A DNA stretch of 64,000 nt, taken from assembly GCA_002633005.1 (NCBI GenBank), contig NMRA01000134.1, positions 642,045-706,044 of the forward strand, read 5' to 3'. The translations under genes and the position numbers were made by a program. Origin of the DNA: Phoronis australis (taxonomy: Eukaryota; Animalia; Phoronida). Under the pieces are notes generated by a model that was not told the DNA's origin, did no database searches, and saw only the letters and a program-made list of their open reading frames with translations. This document shows positions 39,801 through 51,161 of the stretch, in pieces (positions within the stretch are counted from its first letter, which is position 1; the number at the start of each line of letters is the position of its first letter).

Positions 39801-41854
39801 AAGCATAATCTGCACTAAACAAAGTGCAGTTGTGTTCATTGACAATTTGTAAATGTGAAAAGAAATATTCTGCGTATAGGTGACTTTTGCATTAATGACG
39901 TGCCTGGCGGGTTCACACAGCCCACATCATCCCGTGTTGTTCCCCAGCACCACATCACAACACTTCCTGGACACGGTTCAGTGATTTGTGGCGAATCGTT
40001 TTCATCACAAAACTTTTGGCAACTCTCAAGCTACTTCATATTCCCACCGTCGCTATATGTTGTGTTTGTAACTAATTTGGTCAAGCAATCACAGAGTTAA
40101 GTAATTAGCCTGAAAGTTGCACTTTAATGTGTTGATGAACCCCAATTACATTGTTTTGACGAAACCCCAATTACTGTGTTTTGATGGTAATTTTAATTTT
40201 CTAAAATCTTAATAGCGCTGTTCTGCTTAATGGTGATGCCATTTACAAATAATAAAAATGAAAATAAAGATTAACTATGCCTCAGACCTAAACATGATGC
40301 AAGAAGTTACCAGTGGCGACAAATGGCTACTCTCATTTTGACGTAGATCCGACAATAAACATTGTCAATCAAAACTTGATCAAGTATCATAAATTAATCT
40401 GTGGTGGTAATTAGGGGTTTTCCACCTAAGTAACCCTATGTAAAGATTTTTTTTAAAAATCTGTCTCAGGCATTTTCTTTTAATGTTTAAAGACTGTAAC
40501 TGTCGTCTGACTTGAACAAAATCTGAATTATAACAATATTGCTGTTGAGTTGGCTGTCTTTGTTTACTGTTTTACTTGTCTACAGATAAGAAATGTTTTT
40601 GTTATTTGACAGCATTGTTGTAATTTCCACAACAATAATAATATTATCCATTGAATCAGTCAAGTCTAATGACATTGATGTTGGTTATTCTTTTCAGCTT
40701 CAAAACGTAAAACCAGTAAAGCAGACGACTTTCAAATGATACAGAACGGCATAGCTAAAGGAATAGAAGAGAGAAACCAACAACTTGCACGGACTCCAAG
40801 TGAGGAGAATCTTACCCCAGAAACGATGTTCAAGTACCAGGATTTTTCTAGAAAGGTATGCTTCTCTATTATTTTCTGAAGTATCCCAGCTGATTGCATT
40901 CAAATGCAACTTCTCAATCTGCCTCTTAAAGATGAACTGGCTTGTGGCAGCATCGTGTTCAGTGTTGAGAACCAGTGGTGCGGCTTGCAAACAAATTCCT
41001 ACCGGCGTAATTGAAGTTGACATCAAGGTAATGTGGTGTATTACTGTTTCACACATTTGCAGTAATCTTAATGTATCTTTTAAAGACATAACCAAAATAC
41101 TCTAGTTTTACTACAATTATCTAGTGCAAATCAAAAATAAATCAATTTCTGGACTTACTTTATGTACATGATAACGTAGTGTCTCCTACTCGGAGACTTC
41201 TACAGATCGTCTGAAGAAATTATGTCACAACCCACATGACAACAATCTCCCCCAATGCCGACACACCAGCACTTCAGATGATCTGTAGAAGTCTCCGAGA
41301 TGGGGACGCGACGTTATCATTTTTGTAAAATATGTCCAGAAATTGGTTTATTTTTGTTTTGCATTATGCCACAATTGATGAGTAACATATATTCAATTAC
41401 ACTTAATATCTAGCTACCATGAGAGAACAGCTATTGGAGGTGAGGAGGCCTGCTCATTATCAAGTGTATTTTGATTGTTTGGTTATTGTGCTCCTCTTTA
41501 CATGTTGGATAGTCAGTTTATGATATGGAATTAACAGATTCCCCTGAAGTGACTGTAACACATGGGTCCAATTTATAAAGCCAGCTCTTACTAATCACAG
41601 ATCATCTGTAATTTTCTCATCAGGGTATTCATGGAGCAGTAGTTTCTTTCTCATGTAATATTAATTCAATTCCTTTACAGTTAATTAATTGTTTATTCTT
41701 ACATTTTGTATTGCAGCAACTCATTTTGCTGATTGAACAACAGAAGGAGCAACTGTCTGTGGCGAAGCAGACGGTCAGTGACATGGAGGAATACATTGAT
41801 CGTCTGCTGCTGCAAGTTATGGAGAAGGAGCCAACAATACTACAACATGCGTAG
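18843..41854 (+). CDS. RAB11FIP: Class I Rab11 family-interacting protein (RAB11FIP1/2/5, Rip11-like), about 504 aa; exons 18843-18873, 29006-29044, 31946-32045, 33058-33189, 34628-34818, 35072-35145, 36317-36509, 36898-37356, 40698-40855, 41717-41854
   Basis: GT-AG, phase-consistent 1515-nt model. N-terminal C2 domain (MYTPTHVQVTVHRARGLLDKGKGGNDAFATVGLGKEKFSTS...DEFLGQ...WYPL...RGEV), two NPF motifs and a C-terminal RBD (MEEYIDRLLLQVMEKEPTIL). Confidence 0.95.
20928..21008. repeat. About 40-bp tandem duplication
   Basis: ttgaaactgatttcaacttgttaattatacatgtaaaatc x2. Confidence 0.9.
21694..21770. repeat. (GT)n/(GC)n microsatellite
   Basis: Read directly from the sequence. Confidence 0.95.
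25701..26077. mobile_element. Degenerate longer relative of the TACCGTA-ended MITE
   Basis: Starts tactgtactcattcagggtaacgcctatgcttggcttaacgcc and ends aatacggta; similar to the ends of 6816-6922. Confidence 0.45.
26596..26795 (+). pseudogene. Degenerate THAP zinc-finger relic (transposon-derived)
   Basis: MLFCIVPAWAN...SFFQFP...LRKWLAVVKNENY...RVC then frameshifted GLHF; fits the THAP C2CH pattern with the second Cys lost. Confidence 0.6.
28846..29470. other. Duplicated block of about 280 bp around exon 2, joined by a single N (29187); probable assembly artefact
   Basis: About 28846-29127 appears identical to 29188-29469. Confidence 0.85.
29006..29044 (+). CDS. RAB11FIP: Rab11-FIP coding exon 2 (identical second copy at 29348-29386)
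   Basis: tttcag|TG CAC AGA GCG CGT GGC...GGA G|gtaagt = VHRARGLLDKGKG. Confidence 0.9.
31946..32045 (+). CDS. RAB11FIP: Rab11-FIP coding exon 3
   Basis: ttttag|GT AAT GAT GCC; NDAFATVGLGKEKFSTSIKEKTVDPQWHEECD TT|gtaagt. Confidence 0.93.
32042..32600 (+). repeat. Degenerate ~45-bp minisatellite derived from the exon 3 donor
   Basis: The authentic donor core actt|gtaagtag recurs about 6 more times (ggtaacacttgtaagtagg). Confidence 0.75.
32112..32357. mobile_element. About 245-bp MITE inserted in the minisatellite
   Basis: TIRs agggcctgttcaaaggaaactgacttaa and ttaagtcagtttcttggactggggccct. Confidence 0.72.
33058..33189 (+). CDS. RAB11FIP: Rab11-FIP coding exon 4
   Basis: tttcag|T GAA ATC; EIPNMDAEIKINVYHRNLMGLDEFLGQLLMPLRDFDMYDTPKS AC|gtaagc. 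Confidence 0.93.
33540..33998. mobile_element. PIF/Harbinger-type MITE
   Basis: TIRs agtcccgtttagac and gtgtaaacggcact, flanked by TAA on both sides (33537-33539, 33999-34001). Confidence 0.75.
34628..34818 (+). CDS. RAB11FIP: Rab11-FIP coding exon 5
   Basis: tttcag|C TGG TAT; WYPLRSKPSKKGPQKNRGEVAVKVAF...KASKV G|gtaggt. Confidence 0.92.
35072..35145 (+). CDS. RAB11FIP: Rab11-FIP coding exon 6
   Basis: ttgtag|GT GAC AAA; DKLKLPGRKGSLKSGGGSLQHLDR|gtaagt; phases fit both neighbours. Confidence 0.85.
35523..35726 (+). pseudogene. Truncated THAP zinc-finger relic
   Basis: MPENFHCSAVGCTN...ITFHTFP...QWLRLIKRENF; the C-terminal C/H of the C2CH motif is missing. Confidence 0.7.
36317..36509 (+). 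CDS. RAB11FIP: Rab11-FIP coding exon 7 (second copy at 38689-38881)
   Basis: tttcag|GAC TAC AGC; DYSSLSPATPF...EEKSSEDDE G|gtttga. Confidence 0.85.
36898..37356 (+). CDS. RAB11FIP: Rab11-FIP coding exon 8 with two NPF motifs (second copy at 39261-39719)
   Basis: cttcag|AT CTG GGA; LGSNNPF...STNPF...KLKKYKE T|gtaaga. Confidence 0.88.
38109..40430 (+). other. Second copy of 35749-38107 (exons 7-8), joined by a single N at 38108; probable uncollapsed haplotype
   Basis: Colinear 2.3-kb duplicate with scattered SNPs and indels; exon translations are identical. Confidence 0.88.
40698..40855 (+). CDS. RAB11FIP: Rab11-FIP coding exon 9
   Basis: tttcag|CT TCA AAA; SKRKTSKADDFQ...MFKYQDFSRK|gtatgc. 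Confidence 0.88.
41125..41363. mobile_element. Long inverted-repeat element (arms of about 95 bp) with a degenerate hammerhead-like core
   Basis: tgcaaatcaaaaataaatcaatttctggac...ctcggagacttctacagatcgtctgaag pairs with cttcagatgatctgtagaagtctccgag...gtccagaaattggtttatttttgttttgca. Confidence 0.8.
41717..41854 (+). CDS. RAB11FIP: Rab11-FIP coding exon 10 (Rab11-binding domain, stop)
   Basis: ttgcag|CAA CTC; QLILLIEQQKEQLSVAKQTVSDMEEYIDRLLLQVMEKEPTILQHA*. Confidence 0.94.
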   Translation, partial: QLILLIEQQKEQLSVAKQTVSDMEEYIDRLLLQVMEKEPTILQHA

Positions 41855-42314
41855 CCATGAAGGACGACTTGGCTGTGGTTAAGGTATACTAGTTTGTGAT
41901 GAGCTTCAGGCTTACTTGCTCACTGTTCTGTTTGAAATTTCCATCACATACTTAGAATCTCACGGAGGAGTGTATTCACATTAGATTTGTTTTTTTGTAA
42001 GTTTGGAAAGTTCTTGTCACTTACCTTTAAGATACTGCAGGTTAAAGAAAATTAGCGTGCAGATTTAAGGACACTTTCTGACGGAGCTGTCAAATTTTGA
42101 ACACCAGGTACCTAAGCAAGGTGGCCATCCATAGAAAGGGCAGGTCAGGTGTGCAGGTTTAGAGACACTTTCTGCTAAAGTGGTCATATATTGAGCAACT
42201 TGAAGCCAGCTAGGGTCTGTTTCATGAAAAGTGACATAAGACTACTCAACTATTTCAGCTGTAAAATAATTAAATTGTACTTGAGCAAAAGTGCAAAACA
42301 TCTGAGAATACACA

Positions 42315-43860
42315 TATCAGACGTCCCAAAAAGTGATCCACTTTTTGTCGACAAGTAATTTCTCAGCTACGGATAAACTGATTTTTTTTCAAATTTCGTG
42401 CAGGTAAACCTCAGGATATTATCAATATTGTACAAAATATCAAATAGATCTGTGTCCAGTTGTGTGAGTACTGTCAAATTAAAAACATAAAGTCAAAAAA
42501 TAAAATATCAAAGAGAAGGTCGCTTATTTCAGCCTGTGATCAATGTGGCCTCCATCTTCCTTCACGACTAAACGGAGCCATTTCTTCCAACCAGAAAGGC
42601 TTTTCCGTATTTCTTCCATCCAGATTTCCTCCCATGACATAATTGTCCCGTCTTTTAACTCCTGCTCAGTCAAATTTCCTCTCATTCCCTGGTAAACTCT
42701 CTCCTTCAGAGAGTCCCATATGGCATAGTCCATTGGATTGCAGTCAGGACTGAGAGGAGGCCACTCTTCCTTTTTGATGAAGTTTGGTGTGGCCTCCTTC
42801 AGATGAGCCTTGGTTATCTTGTTCATGTGTGAAGGAGCCCCATCTTGCTGAAACATGTAATTGTTTCCAGGATAAAGTCGCCTGCAATCCAGGAGATTTT
42901 CATCTAACTGCATGTAGTGTTGACTGTTAAGTTTGGCTTGGTCAGTGTCGATAAAATGAAATTTTTTTTTCCTTCCTACAATACTTTTTTGGAAAATCTG
43001 GAATTCTCATGATAGAGTAGAGAAGGCTAAATTACTCATTTTTGGTTCCCATAAACACGATCATTTTGGTTATTTTTAGCGATTTCTAGCTTAGAGTCTT
43101 TTTCATCAGTGAAAATGACTCTTTTCACATCAGTGGATGAATAGCGGTCATGCAAGTTGTGGCATCGAGTTTTTCTTTTCCTTCTGACATTTTGATCTCT
43201 CTGTGATACCTATATTCTTTTGAAGGGTTTTTAAAACTCCAGTTTTTTCGCCATTCTTTGCACAGAAAACTTGCTCACTTGTAAATCCCTTGCGACAACT
43301 CTCAGAGATATTGATTCCACGGGTTGTCCTCCTGGGATTGCATTAGTTCCTAAACCCGATCCTCGTTTCCTTTCGAACATGCAGTGTTAGATCTCCCACT
43401 GCCACTTTTACGTGCAACAGACCTTGTGTTGCGTATTTTAGCAATAAGTCTATTTACAGTCACACGACTCCACCCTATACTGGGAACTCACTTACAATTC
43501 TTCCCCCGCTCCGCCTATTCTCCTTGAAACAGGTCTCAATTGTAAATTTATCACTTTCATCAAAGGTCAAACCAGAATATTAGACAGAACTGATTTGGAT
43601 ACAGATCTGACAATAATTTTTTTGACTGACAGATACAAGCACAGCATGAACACAATAAAAGTCACAGTGATATTGCGTTTTTCACCCCGTTATTTGGAAT
43701 TTCACAGTACTTCCGTATTTTTTTTATTTCTCTGAGATAGTTTGTAGAATTATTGATGACACCCTGAAAATACATTGTGAAAGTTTTGAACAGATTTGAT
43801 TAGTCAATTGCTGAGAAATTACTTGTCAAAAAGTGGCTCACTTTTTTGGTACATCTCATA
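42315..43860 (-). mobile_element. Decayed Tc1/mariner DNA transposon, DD37D (maT) family
   Basis: TA-bounded TIRs of about 50 bp (tatcagacgtcccaaaaagtg.../...cacttttttggtacatctcata). Minus-strand motifs VIFTDEK (~43100-43125), FQQDGAPSH and WPPLSPDCNPMDYAIW, with 37 residues between the 2nd and 3rd D; ORF broken. Confidence 0.92.
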
Positions 43861-46800
43861 TAAACATAACTAATAGATAGTGAGAAAATTTCTAAGAATT
43901 ATTTGTAGACTTCGATGCACTCATAATTACTTGGTTCAACCTTTTCTTCAGGAATTATGGTGTTGGAGTGTAAGACCAACTTTCTGTTTTGAGTCACGTT
44001 CCTTAAATAGTCATTAAACAGACTCCCTGGTGTGAGAGCTGGTGTTGCCATCTTTGTTTTCTAAATTGTTCATGGCCTTTCCCTGTGCTGCTAAACTTAC
44101 CAATAAAAGTGAGTATCTTGTTAATGCCAAATTAGCAACTGGTTGAGACTTGACTGTTTAGTGTGGCACATTGATGTTGTTTGAATTCATCTGTGGATCT
44201 TGTTTCAGGAAATGTGTTCATGAAACTCGAGCAGTAAGGTTGATGGCAAATTTGAAGTATGCAAATGTGTATCTACTCCCCGGAGCATGGATATCAACAG
44301 TGTTCATTCAAACCAACATTTGTTCCATGTTGCATATACAGGGTTATAGTTCATTTTGTATCACTAACAGACATATCAAGGCATTTCATCCCTTCTAATA
44401 CTCAAGCTTAGAATCATTATTGAACTGTCTACATGTACTAAGTCTTTCCTGTTGTATCATTTGTCAGCTATTTTTCAAAATTAGCATTTTGCAACTGTAT
44501 TTTACTGATCTTTGTAAGTTGTTTTGCGCATATCTATTTTACCAGTCACAATTACTCGACCATTTACGAGAAATCTTGTACATAAGCCTCAGGAAAGTGA
44601 ACTTTGAATGATTTTGTGAATTGTCCTTGAGCAGAAATGAGGGTTTCCATCAGAGGGTTGCTGAGCCGGTGTTTTGTGGAGTAGTTTTGCTGGTAACCAT
44701 TTCTTTGTTTTCAACTGTTTAGAATACAGAATTTCATCAACTGAAAGCTTACTAGAATATAAGGACATTTCATAAAATACATCCTCTGTGTGTATTTTCA
44801 TTTTTTTATTTACAAAAAGTGGAGATTTTGGTGTTCAGCTTCACCTGGGATTTGTATTCTGTATTTAGGTTGAAAGAGCACCATTTGGGAATGTGATTGA
44901 ATTAGCCAGTGTTTAAATGTTTTCTTTCTTCAATTTTTAACTCGAAGCAAAAACATCAACTATAAGTCTGGATTCTGTAAATTGTTTTCTAGCTTGAACA
45001 AAGCTTGTTTGTACAGGGTTAAACCGAATCAAGTGATTAGGTTTCTTAAGCGTTGTTGGTATGGTTACTATTACTGAACGCAATTTCCCAGAAACTCAGC
45101 ATGTTGAAAAATGCTGTTGATGTCGTGCCAATTTTCACACTATAACGCAGCCTGTAAGAATTTGTATAACATTGTCGATGGGCCAATGATCACAGTATAA
45201 CACAGCCTTTAACTGTTAATATCATGCCAATATGATCACACTTAGGCAAGGTTCGTAGAGACACCCTTGATGCTTAAAATGCAACACAGCCTCCTGTCCA
45301 CATTACAAAATAGTTTACCAGTTTGATTGCTGGTTGGCCAGATTCTGTGCCGTCTTCTGCGTTAGTAGGTCAGTGTGACACGGTATTGCTGTTGCTGAGT
45401 TACGTGGTATAAGTCTTGATTGGTCAGTTTTTACTCATCAAATGAGCAGTTTATATATAATTATAGTGGTATCTGTGTGGAGATAGCCCAACATGCATAC
45501 TTAAGTAACTCAAAATGTGAAACATTGGACATTGCGTTCTTGATGACCGCCTGTAGTAAATAACATCAGGGGTCTAATTATGTGAATAAATTAGCTGTTG
45601 CTTAGTTTCATTCCTGTTAACATTAACTGGTTTGTACCTGCAAGTATTGGAGGAATCCCACATAGTGCGTATAACAGGCTTGCTAGAAATGTCACTCACT
45701 ACTGTTGGATGGGTATATTACGATTGAAACGCGTTAACTTGTTACTGAATTATACATTATTGCTAAAAAGATTTATCAGATTAGCAAATTTATACGGTTG
45801 TATGTTCTGCGATGTTCGACATGTGTTTGTGTCTGTCGGATGAATTGATCTGTAAAAGCGTTAATATATTTTCACTGTTGACGAAGTGTTGTAACCCACA
45901 AGCAACACAGGTCTATGCAAGTTATACTAGGTTAGGTGTAGATTTAGTGGTGCGTTTTTCTTTCTAAGTTAGGTTGACTGAGGCGCATACTTTTTGTAAC
46001 AAATTTTCTGTCGAGGTTTAAAGGCCTCTCCTTCATTGTCGCGTGTCTGAAACTTTGAGCTAGATTGCAGAATGCTTCACACTTACAAGGTTTTTGCTAC
46101 TCTGAAAATGCATTGTGTTGGTACACTTAAACAGAAATACAATGCTACAAAATGTAATGCATGTTGCTTGAATTCAACAAAGCTGTACGGCCTTCTTCTA
46201 ACCTACTTCCAAATGGTAAGCCAACATATGGAAATGTAGATACTTGTTACAAATTTGCCAGTCACGTGTACCTAGATTTGATTTGCCGCCATGAATGTCT
46301 GCCATTATCTTGAATATGTGAAGTTGTGTTTACAAGTGGAGTATGAAAGTTGAGAAATTTTGTTTAGATCTGCTTTTCAGTATGCTGTTATGGTATTTTG
46401 AAAATAAAGTATATATTATATATTCACTTTGAAACTCCTATCAGTCAGATTTTTTTGTCGTCTATGCATAAATCAATTAAGAAGTTTAAAATGGATTTTT
46501 TTTCGTTGCATATTGCTAACATAGTGAGAAGGGCACGAGCTGTCTACCTCAAAATCGTGGCATATGCAGTGACTGACCGTATCAACACGATTAACAAAAT
46601 AATGTGCATAATTACATGACCCAGCCAAACCATTCACTTCCTAACCTCAGGTCTGGTGCCTTGCCAACTCACACTTGGTTTCGGCAAAAGTGAAAGAATC
46701 TAACACTAGAACAAACTACACACATTAGAAGAAATTTTCGGCTATGATCAATAGTCTCTCGATTTATGACAAATTTGATGTTATGTAAAAATAAACAGCT

Positions 46801-47605
46801 TTTAACTGGTTGTTACGTTCACTAAAAGTTCACCTCATTTGGAACGCAATTGTTTATTGCATAACACAAATAATAGCAACAAGACACTTCGTTACTTGAC
46901 CAACAAATCAAGTCCTGAGTGAAGCAACAGGAATTATTGCACCATGAGAAATATAGATATTACGCATTCATTGCCAAAACTGTTGACAAAAGTAGAAAGA
47001 TTTGACAAATAGCTAATGTTCACGTTTGGTTAAAAAAGAAATGCAAACTTAGGTTCAGGTGTCTAGATTTCAATTTTAAATTTAAAGGGTTTGTTATAAT
47101 TTTAAACCCACAGAACTTCCCAAATGATCCAAATTACTAAATATCTTCAGCAGCTGTTTCTTGCGTTTTCAACAAAGATGGTTTGTTCAGTTTAATTCAC
47201 ACTTGCGTCTTAGCACTGCTGAGGACATCTCCTTGACCTTCATAAAATCCTACACTTGATGATCACAAAGTCCTTCTCAACGAGTTGCCACGGTAACAAA
47301 AACTGTCTTGGAAAGTTCAAAGTAATCACAGCCGAAATCGTTCTCCAAATTTCATAGTCCATTGAACATCAGCAAACATTGGACGAAGCACGCTTGGTCT
47401 GTTACTTTGTTTCACTGCAGTAAAGAAAAGGGAGATACATCTTCCAGCAAAGTGACACAACACAGAATGAGGTGAACAATTCTCTAACAACACCTAGAGA
47501 ATTCGAGACCTCAAAATTTAAGTGAAAATAGATTTTCAGTTCTCTAAAATTGGACACCAATTATTGTTGCTCTATTGAGTACAGTGAACATTTTATTGCA
47601 AATAA

Positions 47606-47682
47606 CACACACACACACACACACACACGTGTNNNNNNNNNNNNNNNNNNNNNNNNNNNNNNNNNNNNNNNNNNNNNNNNNN

Positions 47683-47726
<44 letters not shown>
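47606..47726. repeat. (CA)n microsatellite spanning a 50-N assembly gap
   Basis: Read directly; Ns at 47633-47682. Confidence 0.95.
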
Positions 47727-47727
<1 letters not shown>

Positions 47728-50209
47728 GATTCAGCTTTGTATTGGATTTAAACAACAGACTGAGTAAGAGAGAGATTGAGTACTTCCTCCGCATTAATTC
47801 AAAAGTGAAAATACTGGGATTAATAAAATAAGTGAATAGAACTATACATTATAATATAAAAGTTGTTGCGACACTTAAACACAATTAGATAAGAGCTTTT
47901 TACAAAGAAATCCCACTAATAATTGCCAAAGTTGACATTTGTCATTTTTGAGAGGCATCTACCATTCTTATGAATGCCAGAAATTTCTCAAAACATCTGA
48001 ATGGTAACTATAGAGTAGTAGAATGTACTGTACAATGCAGCTGAGTGAAACACAATAGTGTTCATTACATTGAAACTGTCACATCCCGCATTCATCCCTC
48101 TTCTTTTAAAGATGTAGAAAAACACATTTTGTGATGGGATAAGGAACAGTAAAGGGCATCTCAATCAACTTCTCCATTTTTATGTCAACATTGCAAGTAA
48201 TAATGCAGCAATAAAACTTTAATGACTGACAAATGACAAATATCTGTTAGTGTAAAATAGACAATAGCACCCAAGCAGAATATAAAACTTTGAAACAAGT
48301 ACCCAATGAATGCACAGCATTGTGGTCGACTGCAGAATTGGGCGTGAGAGTATTCAGGAAAGTGGCTATTATGTAAATAGTTTTTGGAACCTTACTTTTT
48401 CATGATGGTTAAAAAGATTAATCTAAATGCCCTTACCGACTTAAAAGTCAGTATCGGGGATTTCCGAAGGAGCTCCCCCAAGACAAAGAAAGAGGGGTAG
48501 GGAAGGAGGGAAGGAGGGAGGGAGGGAGAAAGAGAGGCAAGGGTAAACAATGCCCAATGGGAACTCTTTTGAGATTGTTCATGCATATCTGGAACGGGGC
48601 TCATACATGGCAAATGTGGGCAAGATGTCATTACTGGCTCATCGTTTAGACGTTAAAAATTACAACTACTCCTAAAACAGTCAAGCAGCTGACAAGGTGA
48701 ACAACTTTTACAAATATTTTCGAAGGCCATGGCTGAATGATAGCACTGCAATTGCCAACACAAGAAACCTCGTGGGAATTCCTTTTAGAAATCCTCCAAG
48801 GACTCTTTCGGAGTTCAACCAGAAAAGCCTATTGATGGATGCTGACAGCACCTATTTTCCTGGTTACAGCCCTGGTATTTTGTTAGTTTGGATTTTGAAT
48901 GCACAGAGACACCCATGATGTGAAGGAAAAACAGTGGCACCTAGAGAACACCTGCCCTGGTATGCTGCACAGATGTAGGAAATGGCAACTCGGCACACTG
49001 AAATCAGCATCACATGTAGTTGGTCTTTTGAAATTAGCAAAGCAGCAACAAACTTATCAAAACTCAATGTACTGCAAGTCAGGTTGTGGTGACAGCACTG
49101 TTCAGGAATCCCAACACAAAAGGCCATTCGCATTGCAAATTTAGTACGGTGGACAAACATTCTTTCTCGACTACAAGCATAGGCCCAATGCGAAAGGTGA
49201 TATAGCCTGGTCTAAATTTAATATGGTACTAAAGTTAGTACACTTGAAAAAGACCGCAACAGCAAGCACACCAAAGTTGGCCGCTTACGTAAGTGCAATG
49301 CAAAAGCAAGGTCTGGACTAATTCACTTGACCGTCCTAAATTATCTCCCCTCCCCACTTCATGCAAGTGCGGAGTTCTTCCTGCTATTCCGCACGCTCTT
49401 GACTTTGTTGCTACTCAGTACAATTTTAAAGTTAAACATGTCTCAAAATAATAATAGAAATGGCAATTGGTTGTCAGGTCCATATTGTGATACAGCACAG
49501 CGACATCTTGTACTTAGTACGAAGATGCTTTAAATTTAAGACAGTGAAATGTAAGTCTGGTCACGTGACAAAATTGACAATTTGGCAAGGTGAGTTATCA
49601 CACTGATCTAAAGTATGTTCTAACTGCGAACTAGTGCGGACTAACTCTAATGCCAAAGCAGCTTGAATATGAAAGCAATTAAGAGATTTCTGTGTATTGT
49701 GCCATGGTTTGCAGTTCATAAACATCTAGCAAAATCCCTCAAATTGCAACACAACAAATCTGATGACAGTCTGCGATAACCTGAATGCACAATCAGCAAA
49801 TTGCAGAAGAAACACAGTCACATAAGAGCCCAGTGTTACGGTAATTGCCAACCTTCCTGGTAATTTTTTCAACAAAACATTCTCTTAACTTACATCTTTG
49901 TTTTGCACTTCTAAATTATTGTGTCTTTAAATTCAAAAGTTGTCTCAAGGAATACCTAGTACCAGCTCTTTCTAAGACCAGAAGCCATTCCTAATTTGAT
50001 AAGGAACCATTTGAGACTAATTTCATGATAACATGTGCATCAAGTCAGATTTAGTGACAAACGGTGGGTTTACAGTTGCCTTAAAGTAAAAAATTATAAT
50101 TTTCACAAAAATGGTGACCACGTGATAAAAGATGATTGTTTGATGTTGTAGAATATGAATTAAGATTTTTCCACAATGAGATGAAAAGAATTCTTTGTTG
50201 ACACCCAAA

Positions 50210-50620
50210 TTGGAAGAGATTGGGCAACTCAATGAGTTTGCGCACCTTATGACCTGCCAGTTTAGATCAAAGACACCATGCTGTTGTTGTTAATTAAATT
50301 TCCCCAGGCTGTTATCATTCTCTAGATAATCAGACCCATCATAAACACACTGGGGGCAACAACAGTATTTTTAAATTTTTGTTTTGAAAGTTTGTAAATA
50401 GCATATTTGAGTAGTTCGTGAAAAGCACACATGATTGGATTTTATATAAATTTTGAAAATTGGACAAGAAATGTGACTTTTACAACCTAAAATAACATGT
50501 TTCTCGTTAATTCTGCTGGGTGTGCAACATAATTACCAAACCACCAGAGAGCAGTTGGATTTTGAGGTACCGGTAAGCCAAGTGTCATTACACAATTCTT
50601 GGCATGGAAGCTCCCAAATT
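50210..50620 (+). repeat. Dispersed repeat, copy 2
   Basis: Colinear with 4600-5040. Confidence 0.75.
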
Positions 50621-51161
50621 ATTACATGAACATACATTTACGTATACATAAGTTTGCGTATAAAATTGACAGTTATCAATTACTTGAGGAAACCTGACAA
50701 AAGTTGATCATGGTTGACAATTACCGTTTACACAGGTTACTTCCCCAACGTTCCCCCACACAGTATAAGCATGCGAGCACACCACCTGCAGGCGAGGGAG
50801 AGAATGGATGGCACATGCCAGGACAGACAAAATTACCTTTTACTGCTGGTCTCATCAGGCTATTAAACAACAAAGTACACTCCATACATGAACCAATTAA
50901 AGCCTGAGCACACATACTGAAGGGTCAAAAGTAAAACAGAAAGCAAAAATAAACAAAGTAAACAAGGCAGGAAAGACTGAAAATCTGATTTCTATCCTCG
51001 AGAGCCACTGTCTGGAAGGGTCATTTTCTTTATTTAAACTGCTGCAAGTACGAAGGTCAGACACAATTAATCAGAAACAGGAGTATTTCACAGGTGCGAA
51101 GGTCAATGGCCTATCAAACAAAGCACTGTAACTCATACTCTTGTTCTCAGTAGAAGATGAA

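Noticed and set aside
36876-39802. 196-aa and 187-aa ORFs as separate paralogous genes
   Set aside because: Both are FIP exon 8 with intronic read-through, in a probable haplotype duplicate.
40700-41105. 131-aa minus and 106-aa plus ORFs
   Set aside because: Antisense or off-frame overlaps of FIP exon 9 and its intron.
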